Assembly (NCBI GenBank): GCA_902596065.1
Contig: CACJSL010000002.1
Coordinates: 12,794 to 76,793 of the forward strand
Direction of reading: 5' to 3'
DNA: 64,000 nt
Source: an uncultured Alphaproteobacteria bacterium
GTDB taxonomy: Bacteria > Pseudomonadota > Alphaproteobacteria > HIMB59 > GCA-002718135
A model generated the notes under the pieces. It was not told the origin of the DNA and did not search any database. It saw nothing but the letters and a program-made list of their open reading frames with translations. Each line of letters begins with the position of its first letter. Within the stretch, counting starts at the first letter, position 1. The translations under genes were made by a program, and so were the position numbers. Below, piece after piece: positions 62,649 to 64,000 of this stretch.

Positions 62649-63674
62649 TTAAAGAGCACTTTTGATTTTAGCTGCAACATCAGCTGAAACCCAAGACTCC
62701 CATACGTCATTAGTAGATAAGAAATGCATAGCAGTTGCTTCCATATCTCCACCTGACTCATCTACATAATATGCTAACATTTCATTAACTAACGGAGTAG
62801 GTAATGAATAGTTTTTAATCATATCATTTATCTCAGGATTAGCTTCTGCCCATTTTGTAGTAGACATTTTAGTCAAAGCCATATCTTTATATTCACATGC
62901 ACAAGAAGGAACATATGATTCTTGACCATTAGCTTTAATATCTTCTACTACTACTGACATAGCTCCCCAACATTCAGCATCATATGCTGGCTCTTCAAGT
63001 CTTACCATATCAATATCAGGCTTACCCATTAAACTTGTTGGAGTCCAATAGTAAGAAAATACTGGTTGACCTTTTGCAAATCCACCAGCTATAGCAGCAT
63101 CCAATGCGCCACCAGAACCTGGATCAAAGTTTGTATAGAATTCATCTAAACCATATTCTTTTTGTTTAACAAAATTAATTGTGTAACAAGTCCATCCAGA
63201 AATACAGCTAGTCATTCTTCCTTTTGAAGGATCTTCAGGATCTTTAAACAATTCCCAAATGCCAGGTTTTTTCATATCTTCAACTGATTTTAAACCATGT
63301 GCTTCAGCAGTTGCTCTATCAACCCAAAAAGCTTGTTCAGAAGCAGGGGTATTAATTCCTAAATGCTGAATTGTTCCAGCCTCAAAATGAGGTTTTAATA
63401 ATTCAACTAAGTTATCTTCCCAAACTTCAGTTACAACATCAATTTGTCCATCAAAAAAAGCAGCCATAATTGGTGTAGTGCTTCCTTTAGTCACTTCAAC
63501 ATCACAACCATAACCATGTTCAATCATAAAAGATGAAATAGCAGTATGAATGTTTGCACTATCCCAGTCAAAATCACCTAAGTGAACACTGCAACCAGCT
63601 TTAGCACTAGATGCACCTAGTGAAATACCAGACAATAAAACTAGAGATAGGATAAATTTTTTTACGAATTTCAT
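62649..63674 (-). CDS. proX: Periplasmic glycine betaine-type substrate-binding protein (OpuAC/ProX family)
   Basis: 341 aa with a signal peptide (...GASSAKA/G) and an OpuAC-like mature domain. A strong SD, AGGAGG (63686-63681), lies 6 nt before the ATG. Richer in G+C than the surrounding genes. Confidence 0.85.
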   Translation of the reverse strand: MKFVKKFILSLVLLSGISLGASSAKAGCSVHLGDFDWDSANIHTAISSFMIEHGYGCDVEVTKGSTTPIMAAFFDGQIDVVTEVWEDNLVELLKPHFEAGTIQHLGINTPASEQAFWVDRATAEAHGLKSVEDMKKPGIWELFKDPEDPSKGRMTSCISGWTCYTINFVKQKEYGLDEFYTNFDPGSGGALDAAIAGGFAKGQPVFSYYWTPTSLMGKPDIDMVRLEEPAYDAECWGAMSVVVEDIKANGQESYVPSCACEYKDMALTKMSTTKWAEANPEINDMIKNYSLPTPLVNEMLAYYVDESGGDMEATAMHFLSTNDVWESWVSADVAAKIKSAL

Positions 63675-63755
63675 AAATTTCCTCCTAAAAAAAATTAATT
63701 AATTAATTGTTAGCACTTAAACAACATAAGAGAAAAAATACAACAGTAAATTTAG

Positions 63756-63786
63756 AAAAAAAGCCAGCGATTGGCCAAATTTTTTA
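63756..63786 (-). terminator. Weak candidate terminator downstream of the ALDH gene
   Basis: The minus strand reads GGCCA-ATCGC-TGGCT (4-5 bp stem) followed by a T run, 33 nt after the ALDH stop and upstream of proX. The stem is short, so confidence is low. Confidence 0.3.
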
Positions 63787-63818
63787 TATTTTTATTAATT
63801 TATATGTATAGAAACGAT

Positions 63819-64000
63819 TTATTTCCAATCAGTTATAGCTTTAACTTCAAGATACTCTTCGAGGCCCCATTTTCCTCCCTCTCTTCCATTTCCAGATTGA
63901 CGAAAACCTCCAAAAGGGGTTCCACCAGATACACCCTTACCATTTACTTCAACTCCACCAGATTTAAGTTGTCGAGCTACTCTTTTTGCTTTTTCCTTAT
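63819..64000 (-). CDS. Aldehyde dehydrogenase family protein, C-terminal fragment (possible betaine-aldehyde dehydrogenase)
   Basis: The minus strand is open from the window edge to TAA (63821-63819). The tail ...GVSGGTPFGGFRQSGNGREGGKWGLEEYLEVKAITDWK carries the ALDH C-terminal PFGG(F/Y)(K/R)QSG.GRE block. The betB-like role is inferred only from proXWV/GMC neighbours. Confidence 0.72.
   Translation of the reverse strand, partial: KEKAKRVARQLKSGGVEVNGKGVSGGTPFGGFRQSGNGREGGKWGLEEYLEVKAITDWK

Noticed and set aside
1-64000. CRISPR arrays, IS elements or transposases, prophage, toxin-antitoxin or known defence systems, and rRNA
   Set aside because: I saw no repeat-spacer periodicity, terminal inverted repeats, or ORFs with transposase, integrase, nuclease-helicase or phage structural motifs. 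Every ORF over 100 aa that is not a shadow of a longer gene is accounted for by a metabolic, transport, regulatory or housekeeping family.

Overview
The window is about 70% A+T and very tightly packed. Many genes abut or overlap, and there is only one RNA gene. I found no rRNA, CRISPR array, IS element, transposase, integrase, prophage or recognisable defence genes. Composition, packing and protein sequences look like a streamlined marine alphaproteobacterium of the Pelagibacterales (SAR11) type. That placement is from memory and is not a database result. All family calls rest on motifs read from the translations; I ran no BLAST, HMM or RNA folding.

Layout:
- 1-16.6 kb: housekeeping genes (dksA tail, moaA, nadK, tRNA-Leu, map, purB, bolA-grxD, rarD, rpsD, trmJ-like, cimA, gltX, nadE, class II DAHP synthase, glmU, orphan ParA-like, tsaC/sua5).
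- 16.6-49 kb: one continuous block for organic-nitrogen and methylated or quaternary amine catabolism. It holds two GS-like gamma-glutamyl-amine ligases, two DAO-type flavoproteins, an orphan Rieske oxygenase, aguA/aguB, an amidase and a PotABCD-type importer. It also holds a BetI-like TetR and two ACADs, two tandem CrtI/amine-oxidase-type flavoproteins with a free-standing GcvT-like protein, and an ADP-forming acyl-CoA synthetase with a CaiD-like crotonase. The remaining genes are an aminotransferase, MFS, GNAT, HD-domain protein, hotdog thioesterase, BKACE and MDR reductase.
- 49-53.4 kb: a ScfR/RamB-type regulator, an unannotated 59-codon ORF, and ppc.
- 53.6-64 kb: a betaine island (crotonase, BHMT-like methyltransferase, betA-like GMC oxidoreductase, an unexplained SDR/LLM-monooxygenase/hydrolase/GST cassette, proXWV, ALDH tail).

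Main finding, read directly from the sequence: a palindrome TTGAAT-N4-ATTCAA occurs four times (two exact copies, two with one mismatch). Each copy lies in a promoter-bearing gap, and each ends exactly 19 nt before the ATG of a + strand gene. The geometry fits a -35 / operator / -10 / leaderless-start module. One copy sits between the TetR gene and its divergent operon. I read this as one repressor regulon covering more than 20 genes (about 30 kb). It would encode a not-yet-described route for a quaternary or N-methylated omega-ammonium acid or a polyamine-like compound. The parts are a split folate-coupled flavin demethylase, a bco/cai-like CoA beta-oxidation segment and a BKACE/thioesterase cleavage module. 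Substrate identity is inference only.
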